Source of the DNA: Carpediemonas membranifera BICM
Taxonomy: Eukaryota; Protista; Fornicata
DNA length: 64,000 nucleotides
Direction of reading: 5' to 3'
Assembly (NCBI GenBank): GCA_019828565.1
Contig: JAHDYR010000062.1
Location: 235,666 to 299,665 of the forward strand
Position numbers and translations under genes: made by a program. Positions 13,000 through 23,743 of the stretch are shown here, piece after piece (position 1 is the stretch's first letter; each line of letters begins with the position of its first letter). The notes below the pieces were generated by a model, which was given only the letters and a program-made list of their open reading frames with translations, was not told the DNA's origin and made no database searches.

Positions 13000-14918
13000 G
13001 CAGCGTTTGCCTTGGGCTTTCGGTGCTACTGTCTCCGCGGAAAGCCGATTCCAATCGCCCCAGAGGCCCTGCGGCCATCTCCGTGCAAATATGCTTTCCC
13101 TGTCTCCCCTGAAAGTCCGGCAACTATCCGGGGAGCCTGGGGGTCTGTCCTCGGGGCATTGACAGGCAGGATCGTCCTGCAGAACCTTGACTATGACACT
13201 CCTTGCTTCCCTGCAGTCCTTGTAGAGCCGTTCAGCCACGGCACCCTCTCGTCTGTCCGGTTCCCCAATTCCATGCCCCCTCGACTCTGTTAAGAGGCCT
13301 ACCCGAAGGCGGGGAAAGTGACTAAGTCCATGCTGTCTACCCCGGTTAGGTGGCGTGGGTCAGGGCATGGTGTAGGTACCCCCAGGCACTAGGCCTGGTT
13401 GTCCTGTTACCCCTTACAACATTTCGCTTGCACTACATGTCCTTGGTTTCCCATGTCGTTAACAGGGCGGCAGGGGCACCTGTGCCCCTCCGACCCCCGT
13501 GGCCAGTCCCTGCAGTTTCCTTTGGGGTCCCAACGAGTGGTGCAACCATATGAATATGGATTTCCTTGACCTTATCCTTGCTCTGTCCTTGTTGCATGTC
13601 CTTTCTTTCTTATTTCTGGTCTGTCCTTCCTGTTAATTCCTTGCAGTCGTTCCTTCCCTTGCTTTGGTTCCTGGCTACCGGGATACGTGGGGCCTTTCCT
13701 CACTGATCCCAGGAGCTTAGCACCCAGCGAGGGTGGTCCATGGCTGATTCCTTGTCCATCCCTTCCCGGTCCTGGAGTCAGGGGTTCATGACATGCTTCT
13801 ATTCCACCTTGAAGCTGTTGTAAACCTTTGCCAGTTCCCGTAGTCCTGCCGTGAGGCCTTCCCAAATGTCTATTTCTGTCCATGGGGTTCGCTGGAGTTC
13901 GCTCCACACTCCGTTCCCGAACACTTTGTCCCTTGCCTTTGCTCCCCTGTTGTTCACTGGGTCGCCCATGCATGCTCTTATAGTCTCTTCCCATTGGTCC
14001 GAGCTCTTGATCCTGTTCAGCTTTGAGACTGTGACTGGCCCCTCCTTCTTTTTCATGGGCCAGGTGTGCACCTCGGGTATGGCCAGAGCCACGTCTCGCT
14101 CACTTCTGCCATAGTACCGTTGTTCCTTCCATGCTAGTGTGATTCCATTGTGTGCTGAGCCCCATACCCCGACCTTCTGAGACTCTACCACCTCAATCTC
14201 CGCCCCCTGGATTCCTGGTGTTGTCACTGCAAAGTCCGGGGTTGATGTTCCTGATGTGAGCGTCCCAGACTTGGGTATGATGGCTTTGAGCCTGTGCTTC
14301 TCCATCATATCCTTCCACCGGGTGGATCTTTCCATCTGGCCTGGGTCGATGTTCCAGTCTCCCATAATTATGGCCTCCATGCTCCCTTTCATGTCCATGA
14401 TCTTCTGTATAGTGTCCCTGAATCCATCCTTCTCCTGCTTGCTGTGGCCGGATGGAGGGCCATACACGTTGATGACTAGTATGTCCCTGCCGGTTCTCAT
14501 TATGCTGGCTTGCACTCTTCCCGATAGGCTGTCCGTTATGCCGATGTCCCACTTTGCAGTTGCGTGTGGGCTCACTCTCGTGCCGATGCCTTCCCTTGTT
14601 CCCTTCCATCTTGGCGCAGGTTCGTCATTGCCTGCTATGCCTAGTTGTCGGTTGATGCGGTGCTGACTTTTGACATCCGCCTTTCGTTTTTTCGTTGGCT
14701 AAGACCAGGTCCTCTTCCGTCTCCCTCCCTGCTAGTGCGTAGTCAAGGTCCATGAAGCAATGAACCCTCGTATTCGCCGTTCTCCATGTCTCTTGTATGA
14801 GTACTGCCTCTATGTCCTTCAACCTTAGCTGAATCGCCGTTGCCATAGACGCCGTGAAGTCCTTTCCTCTTCCTATGTGTCCCTCTGTGTTCAGACTAAG
14901 TATCTTGTAGGTTACCAT
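13000..14918 (-). pseudogene. ORF2 of element 2: AP endonuclease, frameshifted, no recognisable RT
   Basis: KILSLNTEG..VLIQETW (14918-14625), then VINVYGP, IMGDWN, PDFAV..SAHNG (14575-13799); only ~0.9 kb follows. Confidence 0.85.
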
Positions 14919-15250
14919 TGCCTTTGTCCTGTTTCCTTATCCTGCGAATTCCCAGAATTTGGGAGCCCCAGCTTCCCGCTCCTCTCCTGCTATCCTTGTC
15001 CTAACAAGGGGCCTAGATGCCGGTCTCGGTGACCCTTGTCAGGCCAACCTTGTTACCACCTGGTGACCTTCCATTCTTCGGGCAGGGTACTTAGGAGGGG
15101 GACGATATGACGTGACCCCCCTTTGGCTGCCGCTACAGCCTACCGGCAGTGCATTTCAGCTAATGCCGGGCCCTGGGTGGGAGCCAGGGCTTGTGAATTA
15201 TAAAGAAAATGTTGCTTGTTCCTTGAAAGAATACTGCTTTTACCATGTCC

Positions 15251-18200
15251 TTACTCCTCCTCCGTGGACTCCCCACTGCCGCTGCAGCTGTCCTCGGCCT
15301 GACTCACTTGCTGTCCTTGTAGACTCTGCATTACCGTGATGAACTGGGTCATCAGGTCCATGGGTGAGATCTGCTTGGCCTTCTTAGCCTTCTTGTGCTT
15401 GTGCCGGGGGATCGTGGGCTTCTCCTTGCTGGGCTTAGTCGCGACGCCGGAGAGCACCAACCTTCCGTGGCCTTGCTCTTGCATGAGTCGGGCAGCCTTG
15501 AGCGCTGAGATCTCTTGTTGCGCCTCTGCCAACTGCTTTCGGAGCCGCAGCTTCTCCGAGTCCATGCCGGTTGCCTGTCTGCTTCCAGACTCCCAGTCCA
15601 TGTCCTCTTCGTGCCTGCTTCTCTTTCCGCTGTCCGAGTCCATGATCCTACTCGTGCTGCCCTCCTTGCGCTTGAGCGTCGTGGAGGAAGAGTGATCCTT
15701 GCTGTTGTCCATGCCTCCCTCTGAGCCTCTACCGGCCCAGGTGTTCCCGCTGAACGAGCCTCTCATCTGCGTTCCCGTGTTGTCCTGTCTCTCCCTGTCG
15801 TCTCCTCCGTGGTTACGATCCGAGGTCCTGTTCATGTTACCAGCTCTGTCGCCGGTTCTGTCGTCAGCTCTGACACCAGCTCTACCGCCGGCTCCGTGTC
15901 CTACCCTTCTGTCCTCTTCCCTGTCTCCATGCTGGTCGTGATGTCCTTGATCCGCGTCCTGGCCGAAGTGCCTGCCCACCATCCTGGTGCTAATCCGCCT
16001 CGCCTTTTCCTCCAGGCCGTTGTCGAAGAACCTACTTTGGTATGGCTGTTCGGACTTTCCGTCGATGGTGGGGACATACGTGATGCCTGGGACATTGACT
16101 GTGTTGGCTCTGGGCTCGTCCGGGATAGCTGCCGAGACTAGTCTGGCCCCTTCCTTGCGCATGCGGCTTAGGATGGTCCCAGCCTCGCTGACCCTGACCA
16201 TGCCCCAGTCTCTCGGGATGAAGCTCGCCCCTAGGGTGATCCTACCCCTGTTCCTGGGGGGCCTTGACGTTGACTATGACCTTCTCATAGTCCCTGAGGC
16301 TCTCTGCTAGGTCGTCGCAGCCCCAGACTCCTTGATGAGCCGTAGCCTCCTTCGAGGGCCACCACTCGTATAGCATGGCCATGGTTATGATGTCCTCCTC
16401 CCTTGCTGCCCCTAGGCCCTTCCTGACGCGTACCATGCGGAGCTGGTTAGCCGTGGCTCTTCCATGATGGTCCATAGCGGGCTTCTCTCCAGTACACCTT
16501 CGTTGTCCATGATTGTGAGGGGGCCAGTAAGATGCCCTTCATGCCCAACAGAACCTCCCCCGAACCCGAAGCCGATGCCGAAGCGGTGTCCGTTGTCCGG
16601 GACTACGAGGATCCTGTCGCCGACTTCCCTGCTGACGTCCCTTGCGTCCCCGATCGGGTACGTGCCGAAGATCTCAAAGGTGTCCCTCCTTGTCGCGAAT
16701 TCCGGGCCTCCCATGATATCCATGCCCGGCTCCGCCTTCCCGACTGCTTCCATGGTCTTGTCGAGTGCCTTACCCATGTAGTGGTAGACGTCTGGGGTGC
16801 TCATCCTCTCCTTGCATAGGGCCCTGATCCTGGCTGTGAAGACTACTGTATCCGCCAACCCACAGTGGTAGCAACCCGCGGTGTGTCTGTGGTACGGACA
16901 GACTCCCTTGGGCTCGCTCCTGTTCTGCCATCCATTTGACCATGTTGTTACTGCTTCCAGGTAGTTGGCCTTGTCGAGGTTGTCCCTGAGGTTTTGGCCA
17001 GCCTCCTCCTTGCCGTTGTTCTCCAGGATCTCTGGTAGCTTCTTCTCGTCCACCAGCCTAGCTTGGAAGAATTCCCTGGTTCCTTGCTCCAGTCCATTTG
17101 TGGGGTTCGTGAGGAGGAAGCTTTCCATCTCCACCCCCTTTGCATACATGATTATCTTCCAACCCTCCGACCTTTCGATCCTTGCCAGCTGAGCCGCCAG
17201 GCGGTTGGCCCAGTCCCTGAAAGTATGTATGTGCTTCTCATACTCGATCGGCGGCCGCCCCGTCCCGACCTCCACGAAGGTGGCCGGCGGCAGCCCCGTC
17301 ACTGCCCATGCCGTGTACCTCGCTTGGTCCATGCTTGCTGCCGGTATGTCCTGGTAATACAGGCCATGCCCGTGTCCAAGAATGTCCCCAGTGCTGAGGT
17401 CAAAGAGTACGATCCCGCCCTCAACCGGGATGGCAGGGATCCCTGCCTTCTTGACGCCAGGGTCTGCGCACTCGAAGTCGATGGCTCCGATCACCAGTCG
17501 TTTCTCCTTGTCCTTTCTAGGCATCCTCGGCGGCTGGCTGCTGACCTTGTTTGAGTCGACCTCCTCGTCCTGGTCGATCTTGCCTTGGTTGGCCCCGACC
17601 ATGTCCTTGTTCACTTCCAGGAGGCTGTCGTCGAGGCTTCTTCTGCCGGGCATGGTGGCCTGCTGGCGTCGTTCCTCCTTGTCCTTGACATGTTGCTCCT
17701 CGTCTCCGTCGATGACCGTGCTAGCGGACGACCTGTCCAGATCGGCATGTTCGTCCCTATTGCTGCGGACCGAGGTGGCCTTGAGCACTTCCAGCCTCAC
17801 CTTCCGGAACGGCGGCTCGTTGCTAAGGGGGGTCTCCTCCCCTTCGCCCAGGATATTGGTTCTGCCCTTCAGGTAGATCCCTGACTTGTTCCATGCTGCC
17901 TGCCATATGGCCGGGGCCTCCGGTGCCTGAAGCCTGAGGATGTCCCTAGCCTCCTCCATGAAGCGGCTGATGGACCATGCTGACGTGTCGCTTAGCTCTA
18001 GGATGACCCTGTACTTGCCGTCCTCTTGCTCGTAGGCCACTCTGGTGACCGGGCCTTGGTTTGCCGGATCCCATACCTTGTCGTAAGGCACGCCTTCTAC
18101 GGCCTCGTCTCCATGAGCCCCTGATACCAGTATGAACGACCCTTCGGCCTTCTTGACGCTGTCCCTGTCTACATCCCATTCGATGGGCCCATCTTCCTTC

Positions 18201-18754
18201 GGCTTGAGGATCGCCGTCTCGATGTCCTTCTCAGATGGCCATCTTGCCATGCCAGTGAAGCCCGCTTTCAGCGTCTTGGGCTCCAGTGCCTGTGCCATGT
18301 CCTTTGCTTCCTCGTCTCTGGGGTTGAGCGCCTCTGTGAGCATGTAGAAAAGGTCGCGGAGGCCGTGGATGCCGCATGGGTTCCTGAGGATGATGTCCTT
18401 GTTGTCAGTGACGCCGGTTGCGAAGAGGATGCGTCTGGCGTTCATGATTACTTCCTTGCGTCCTTTGGAGTTCGCATTGAGCGACTTTCCTGTAAACTTG
18501 CCTGTTCTACGAAGAAGTAGAGTCCTTGAATCGTTCCTTTCAGCGAGGAAGCTGTCCAGTAGTTCCCTGATGTCCTCCCACTGCTTCTGCGTGGAATCCC
18601 TGATCCTTGTCGGTATTTCTACCTGCATTGTTGAGTGCAAAATTTCTCCCCTTTTCCTAGTCCATAAACTGGGTCGGAATTTTTGGGTCCGAAAGTCGGG
18701 CCACATGTACATATCCGGGTGAGGTCTCCGTCCAGGCCTTCCAGTTTCTCCCAT
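15251..18754 (-). CDS. ORF1 of element 2 containing a Maelstrom-like (DEDDh/ECHC) domain; split by frameshifts near 16450 and 16240
   Basis: 780-aa ORF 18754-16412 plus pieces 16475-16242 and 16201-15251; motifs IDFEC, PVEGGIVLFDL..H.L, YAK, CPYH..YHCGLAD. Confidence 0.78.
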
Positions 18755-21705
18755 TGTCCATGCTCCGAACTATATAGGTCATTCTTTCCAAAAAGGCGCG
18801 GTCCTAAAAATGCGTCGCCCTTTTCTGAGTAGCGGGGCCTTTCTGTGTAGTTGTTGTTGCTTTGTTCGTAGTCTCCTTTTAGCCTCTATCGACGGCCCCT
18901 GTTTCCCTTTTGTGCTGCCCTTCCTTCCTTGTGGTCTTGACAAAACCATGTAGCCGCCGGTGCTAGCACTGGCCCTCGACGGTTGTTTTCCTTTTCCTTG
19001 TAAACATACGTTCCATGAAGACACTTTGATTCCTTGGTATGGGCGTGGAGCTCCCACTCGCGCCCAGCGGTATGCCCTGATAGCAACCCTTGAATGTTCA
19101 GACAGGGAGGCCAAGGCCGCTCCTTCTGAGCTCCATGGGGCACTGCCCTATCCATATAGGCCAGGCCTGTTGGTCCTTGTCCATCCATGATCGAAGTGTT
19201 TCCACTTTGCTGAAATCATTGGTGAACTGGTCAGACGGTGTACAAGCCCGCCAAGAAGCAGGTGACACTGCGGACCCGGACCAAGGAGCGCTCGGCCTTC
19301 ACCAAGGCCTCGGCCGGCTACTACTCCAGTGGCCTGAAGATCCTCCTGTCTGAGGACATGGACCTCAGCCCGACCGAGGTTGACGAGAAGCTGGTGGAGC
19401 TGCAGGCCGAGCCAATGGCAGACCCACGTCTCTTCCACCCACAGCAACGGGCGGGTGCGCTGGAGTCATATGAGGTCACCCCGGAGTCTGTGACATGGGC
19501 CCTGGACAGGCTCAAAGCAGACTCGGCACCGGGACCCTCGGGCCTGAGTTTCCTTCACTTGAAGCTGGCCTACCGCCTACGCAAACACAAGTTTGTTGCT
19601 GCTGTCACGCCTCTGATCAACGACATCATCAACGGGGAGCCCTACACTGAGATCCTGTCGCACTCGAGGCTCGTTGCCCTGCCTAAGGGAGACTCCAAGG
19701 TCCGGCCCATTGCAATGGGCGAGAGCCTGAGACGCCTCGCAGGCAAGGTCCTAGCCCACGATGTCGGGCTGAGGATTATTGGCGATGGTGTGTGCGAGGG
19801 GCAGTTCGGACTGGGCGAGAGCTGCGGCCTGGACTGCATGGGTGACATTCTGAAGGCAGCGTACGCCGGCGGTGCGCAGCTGTGCGCCGTTGACATGTCC
19901 AATGCGTACGGAACCGTCAGTCGGCAGCATCTGTCTGAGGTCGCACAGGCGTGGGCCCCGGTCTTGCTACCGTACCTGCACACGATGTATGCCGGGGGCA
20001 AGATGATCACACCAACAGGCCTTGTCATCCCGTCCCGGGAGGGCATCCAGCAAGGGGACCCCATATCTCCGCTGCTGTTCACCCTGGCGATGAAGCCGGT
20101 CCTGGACCAGATCAGAGGTGAGTTCCAGGAGTGCAGGATGGTCTCCTATCAGGACGATGCTTACTTGATCGCGCCAGCGTCCATGCCGGCCTCACGAGTT
20201 GATCGGTTCTACGACCGGATGGCTGAGGTTTGTGGCCGCATCGGCATGCGCGTGAACACGGCTAAGTGTATGGTGATCAGCGCTGCTGGCTCCCCGGGTG
20301 CCATTCAGCGGGTAGTCAACGGTAGAGCCGTTGGAATCCCTGTTGGTGACGCTCATGGTGAGGCAAGAGCTGTCGATGATGTCTTCTCGGAGATGGAGAT
20401 GGCGACTGCTCGCGTCGTGGAAATGGTGGAGACTGTAGGGCCTTCTGCGGCCAGCGTTGCGCTGAATATGATTCGTTCATGCATTCTTGCGATGCCATCC
20501 GCAATCTACAGAGCTGTGTCGCCGATTAGGCACGAAAGCAGGACATCCCGCTTCGAGCAGATGCTTAGCCGCAGCGTAGAGCACATTCTGCAACTAAGAG
20601 ATGGTCTGGAAGGCAAAACTCGTAGAATGGCTCTCGATTATGGAGATTACGGGCTCCGCATGCCAATCCCATCACTCGTCTGGAAATGCGCATTTTTGGG
20701 CACGGAACACCAGCTGCACCAGCTGCTTCCGGACCGGTCTGTGCACCTAGACGAGGCCCTGTTTACCGTTGAAGGCGCCGAAGAGTGGCCTAGGACCAAG
20801 GACGAACTCTATGAGATGGAGGCCAAAAAGCCTCAGAAACAACTCACAAAGTACCATAGAGACGCCTGGACAGTCCAGCACCGCCCATCAACGCCGTCTG
20901 ACTTCAACTTGGACCGCAATGCGGCCACTCAGGCCCTGAACGACTCCTCCCAGCGCGCTGCCCCGGCGGCTGGAATTCTCCGGCAAGAGGCCGCACTCAC
21001 CCCAATTGAGCTAGAATCGAAGCCTGTTGGCTCAATATTTGTCCCAATTGCCAGGGCACACCTGGATGTCGCCCCGTTCGAAGAGTGGCCCGAGACTTGC
21101 CCCCTGTGTCAGGCCCAGCGCTGCACCTGGCAGCATGCCCTCTCGTGCCCACACACCAAGGGAACCGCCCACACCGAGCGTCACAACCATGTTAGAGACG
21201 CTGTGAGCGCCGTGTTGACCGACGACGACGTTAGAGGTCGACCCATGGCCCGTTGCCAGGCCGAGGTCGCGCTCACCTCTCGTCACCCCCGCTACCAGCA
21301 GGCCGATACCGAAGCGCCCAGACGCAAGGTGGCCGACCCTCATGGTGGCAGGCGAGAGAGACGTGGTCGGGAACCGTGTCCACGAGGAAGTCTATGTCGA
21401 CTTCGTGGTCAGCCTGCACCCGCGGGAGGCTGAGCTAGAGAAGCTCCGCGAGTACCGCAACTGGCAGGTCACCTTCGTGCCTGCTGCCTGCACGGTTCTG
21501 GGCGAGACTGAGTCCCGTCTGACCGAGTGCTGGGTCGCCCGCCTCTGTGCCGCGATTCGCAGGCCGGCCCTCGTGGGCGCCATCCGTGACCGGGTATTCT
21601 GGTCCATCTGGGCGGACAACCAGACCGTCTGGTCGGACTATGTCTCCCAGTGCAAGGCCCGTTGGGCCGAGCACCACCAATAATCTGCCCTCCCCACAAA
21701 ATGCC

Positions 21706-21875
21706 GGAGTCGCGACTCGGCTGACTCGGCCACTCTAGGCTGCGTCGTCCCCGAGCCCCCCTGCGCCTCCCGCCCCATCGCCGCATCGCATAACGCATCC
21801 CCTGCCCCTGCGCGAGAGTGGTTACCCTAAGTTCCGCGGAGTCGCGTGTCGTTCGGACAACCTCAGGAAGTAAGT
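21706..21875 (+). repeat. RLE leader block (variant copy, not followed by the RLE ORF)
   Basis: Matches the leaders at 11111, 23549 and 28416 for ~115 bp, then partially, then diverges. Confidence 0.85.
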
Positions 21876-22194
21876 CTGTCGCGCAGACAGTGGGTATGTC
21901 TATAAATGTCTAACCCTGGGGGGAGAAATATTTACGCTATTCTTCTCTGTGTAAGCGGAAATATCTCCCGTCGGTGACCGCACCACCGGTCAACCGACTC
22001 ACGCCTTGCGGCGGATAAAGGTGGCCACCCCGCAGTGGCAAGAGGTGCCCCTCGGCTGCGGGTTCCATGGCCTCATTGCCTAGCCCACTTTGGCTTCGGC
22101 TCTTCCCTCAACGTCCTGTTAACTCGCCGGACCTGAGTACGTCTCGCGTTATTGCTCCTTTTGTTTCGTTTCCACTGAGCTTTGTGGAAAGTCT

Positions 22195-22266
22195 GAACCC
22201 AACTGGACTCGAACCCGCGACCTCCGGCAACAGAAGCCGGGGATCAGTCGACTCTGCTATCGGTGG
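22195..22266 (-). pseudogene. Degenerate tRNA-like sequence (CTG at the anticodon position)
   Basis: Minus strand has TAGCAGAGTCG (A-box-like), stem CCGGC-TTCTGTT-GCCGG, AGGTC and GGTTCGAGTCC (B box); the acceptor stem does not pair. Confidence 0.5.
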
Positions 22267-22604
22267 AGCGCATACCGTCGTAGACGCGATGCGTAAGTAC
22301 GCCTCGGGGCGTGGTACAGGCCCAGATGGACTACCGGCCATCTGGTACAAATATTCGAGAGAGATCGAATATTGACCAAATATTCGAATCAAATCTACGG
22401 TCCAGTTCAGACCAATTTTACCAAGGGGTTAAAACCCCATTCCCCGGTAGTTCCGAGAAGATGGGCGACGCACAGCCCCCCGTGACACTGGAGAGCCTGG
22501 AGGCCAGAGCATGTTTCCCATCAATCTCGGGTATAAATTTGATTAGATCAATTGGAGACTTCGACCGTAGTCGACTGCAAGTCGGATAGTTCTCAATTTT
22601 GTTA

Positions 22605-23527
22605 TGTTCTCTCCAGAAGAGTGCCAGGAGTGGCCCAAAACCATCCAGGAACTGTTTAGCATCGAGGCTGAAAAGCCGCAGAAGACACTCACTACGATGC
22701 TTGCAAAAGCCTGGACGGCCAAGTACCGCCCCAAGACACCCGCCGACTTCGGCCTAGACCCCGAGGAGGTCTCCCAGGGCCTCTCTGACTGCAGCTCCCT
22801 CGAGGCCCCCGCCGCCGGACTCCTCCGCAAAGAAGCCGCGCTGAGCCCCCTCGACCTCGAGCAGACCTCCTGCGACAGCGTGTTCGTCCCCGTCACCCGG
22901 GCGCACCTCAACATCGCCCCATTCCGCGAGATGCCGGTCACCTGCCCCCTCTGTGGCCAGCAAGACATCACGTGGCGCCACGCCCTCGGCTGCTCCTACC
23001 TGAAGGATGGCGCGACCAACGCACGCCACGACAGCATCAAGATGGCTGTGCACGATCTCGTGACCCAGGACGACCTCCGCGGGCGGCCCATTCCCCGTTG
23101 CCGTCCAGAGGTCGACCTCCGCGACACACACCCACAGTTCCGTGTCACCAACGCCGCAGCGCCCACACACAAGCGGGCCGACCTCAAGGTCTGGGGCGAG
23201 CGCGACGTGGTCGGAAACGCGGTACACGATGATGTATACGTGGACTTCTACTGCGGGCTGCACCCCCGCGACGCCGAGCTCGAGAAGACCAAGGAGTACG
23301 CCAACTGGGACGTCACCTTCCTGGTCGCCGCCACCACTGTCGGCGGCGCCACAGAGTCCCGCCTGACCACGGACTGGGCGGTGCAGTTTTGCGACGCCAT
23401 CGCACGGCCGCACCTGGCGGGAACCATGCGCGACCTGGTCTTCCTCAAGACTTGGGAGGGCAACATGACCGTCTGGAGCGACTACGTCACTCAGTGCAAG
23501 GCCCGCTGGGCCGAACTTCGCCCCTAA
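22605..23527 (+). mobile_element. 5'-truncated CRE-like RLE element (beta), zinc knuckle + RLE only
   Basis: Near-identical to 27471-28393 except the last ~90 bp. Confidence 0.92.
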
Positions 23528-23743
23528 TCGCCTCACCAGAAATGTGCCGGAGTCGCGACTCGGCTGACTTGGCCACTCTAGGCTGCGTCGTCCCCGAGCC
23601 CCCCTGCGCCTCCCGCCCCATCGCCGCATCGCATAACGCATCCCCTGCCCCTGCGCGAGAGTAGTTGCTCGAAATTCCGCGGAGTCGCGTGTCGTTCGGA
23701 CAACCTGGGAAAGTAAATTCGGCCATGGTATCCAGAGGGAAAG

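Larger units (their letters stand above)
12887..19227 (-). mobile_element. APE-type non-LTR retrotransposon 2 with 15-bp TSD and (TTTC)n 3' tail
   Basis: TSD TGGTCAGACGGTGTA at 12872-12886 and 19228-19242; AGAAAGAAAGAAA at 12887-12899; ORF1 then APE ORF2 on the minus strand. Confidence 0.92.
11111..21683 (+). mobile_element. CRE-like RLE non-LTR element (alpha), interrupted by APE element 2
   Basis: Leader and N-terminal ORF at 11111-12886 continue at 19243 (..HGQTV|YKPAKK..). RT motifs SAPGPSG, RPIAMGESLRRL, DMSNAYG, QQGDP, YQDD; then CPLC..H..C and ERH..RD; a frameshift at ~21338 precedes the RLE end. Confidence 0.92.

Noticed and set aside
1-21400. Frameshifts as programmed recoding
   Set aside because: Comparison of 10141-12260 with cleaner sister copies shows scattered 1-bp indels, typical of read error or decay.
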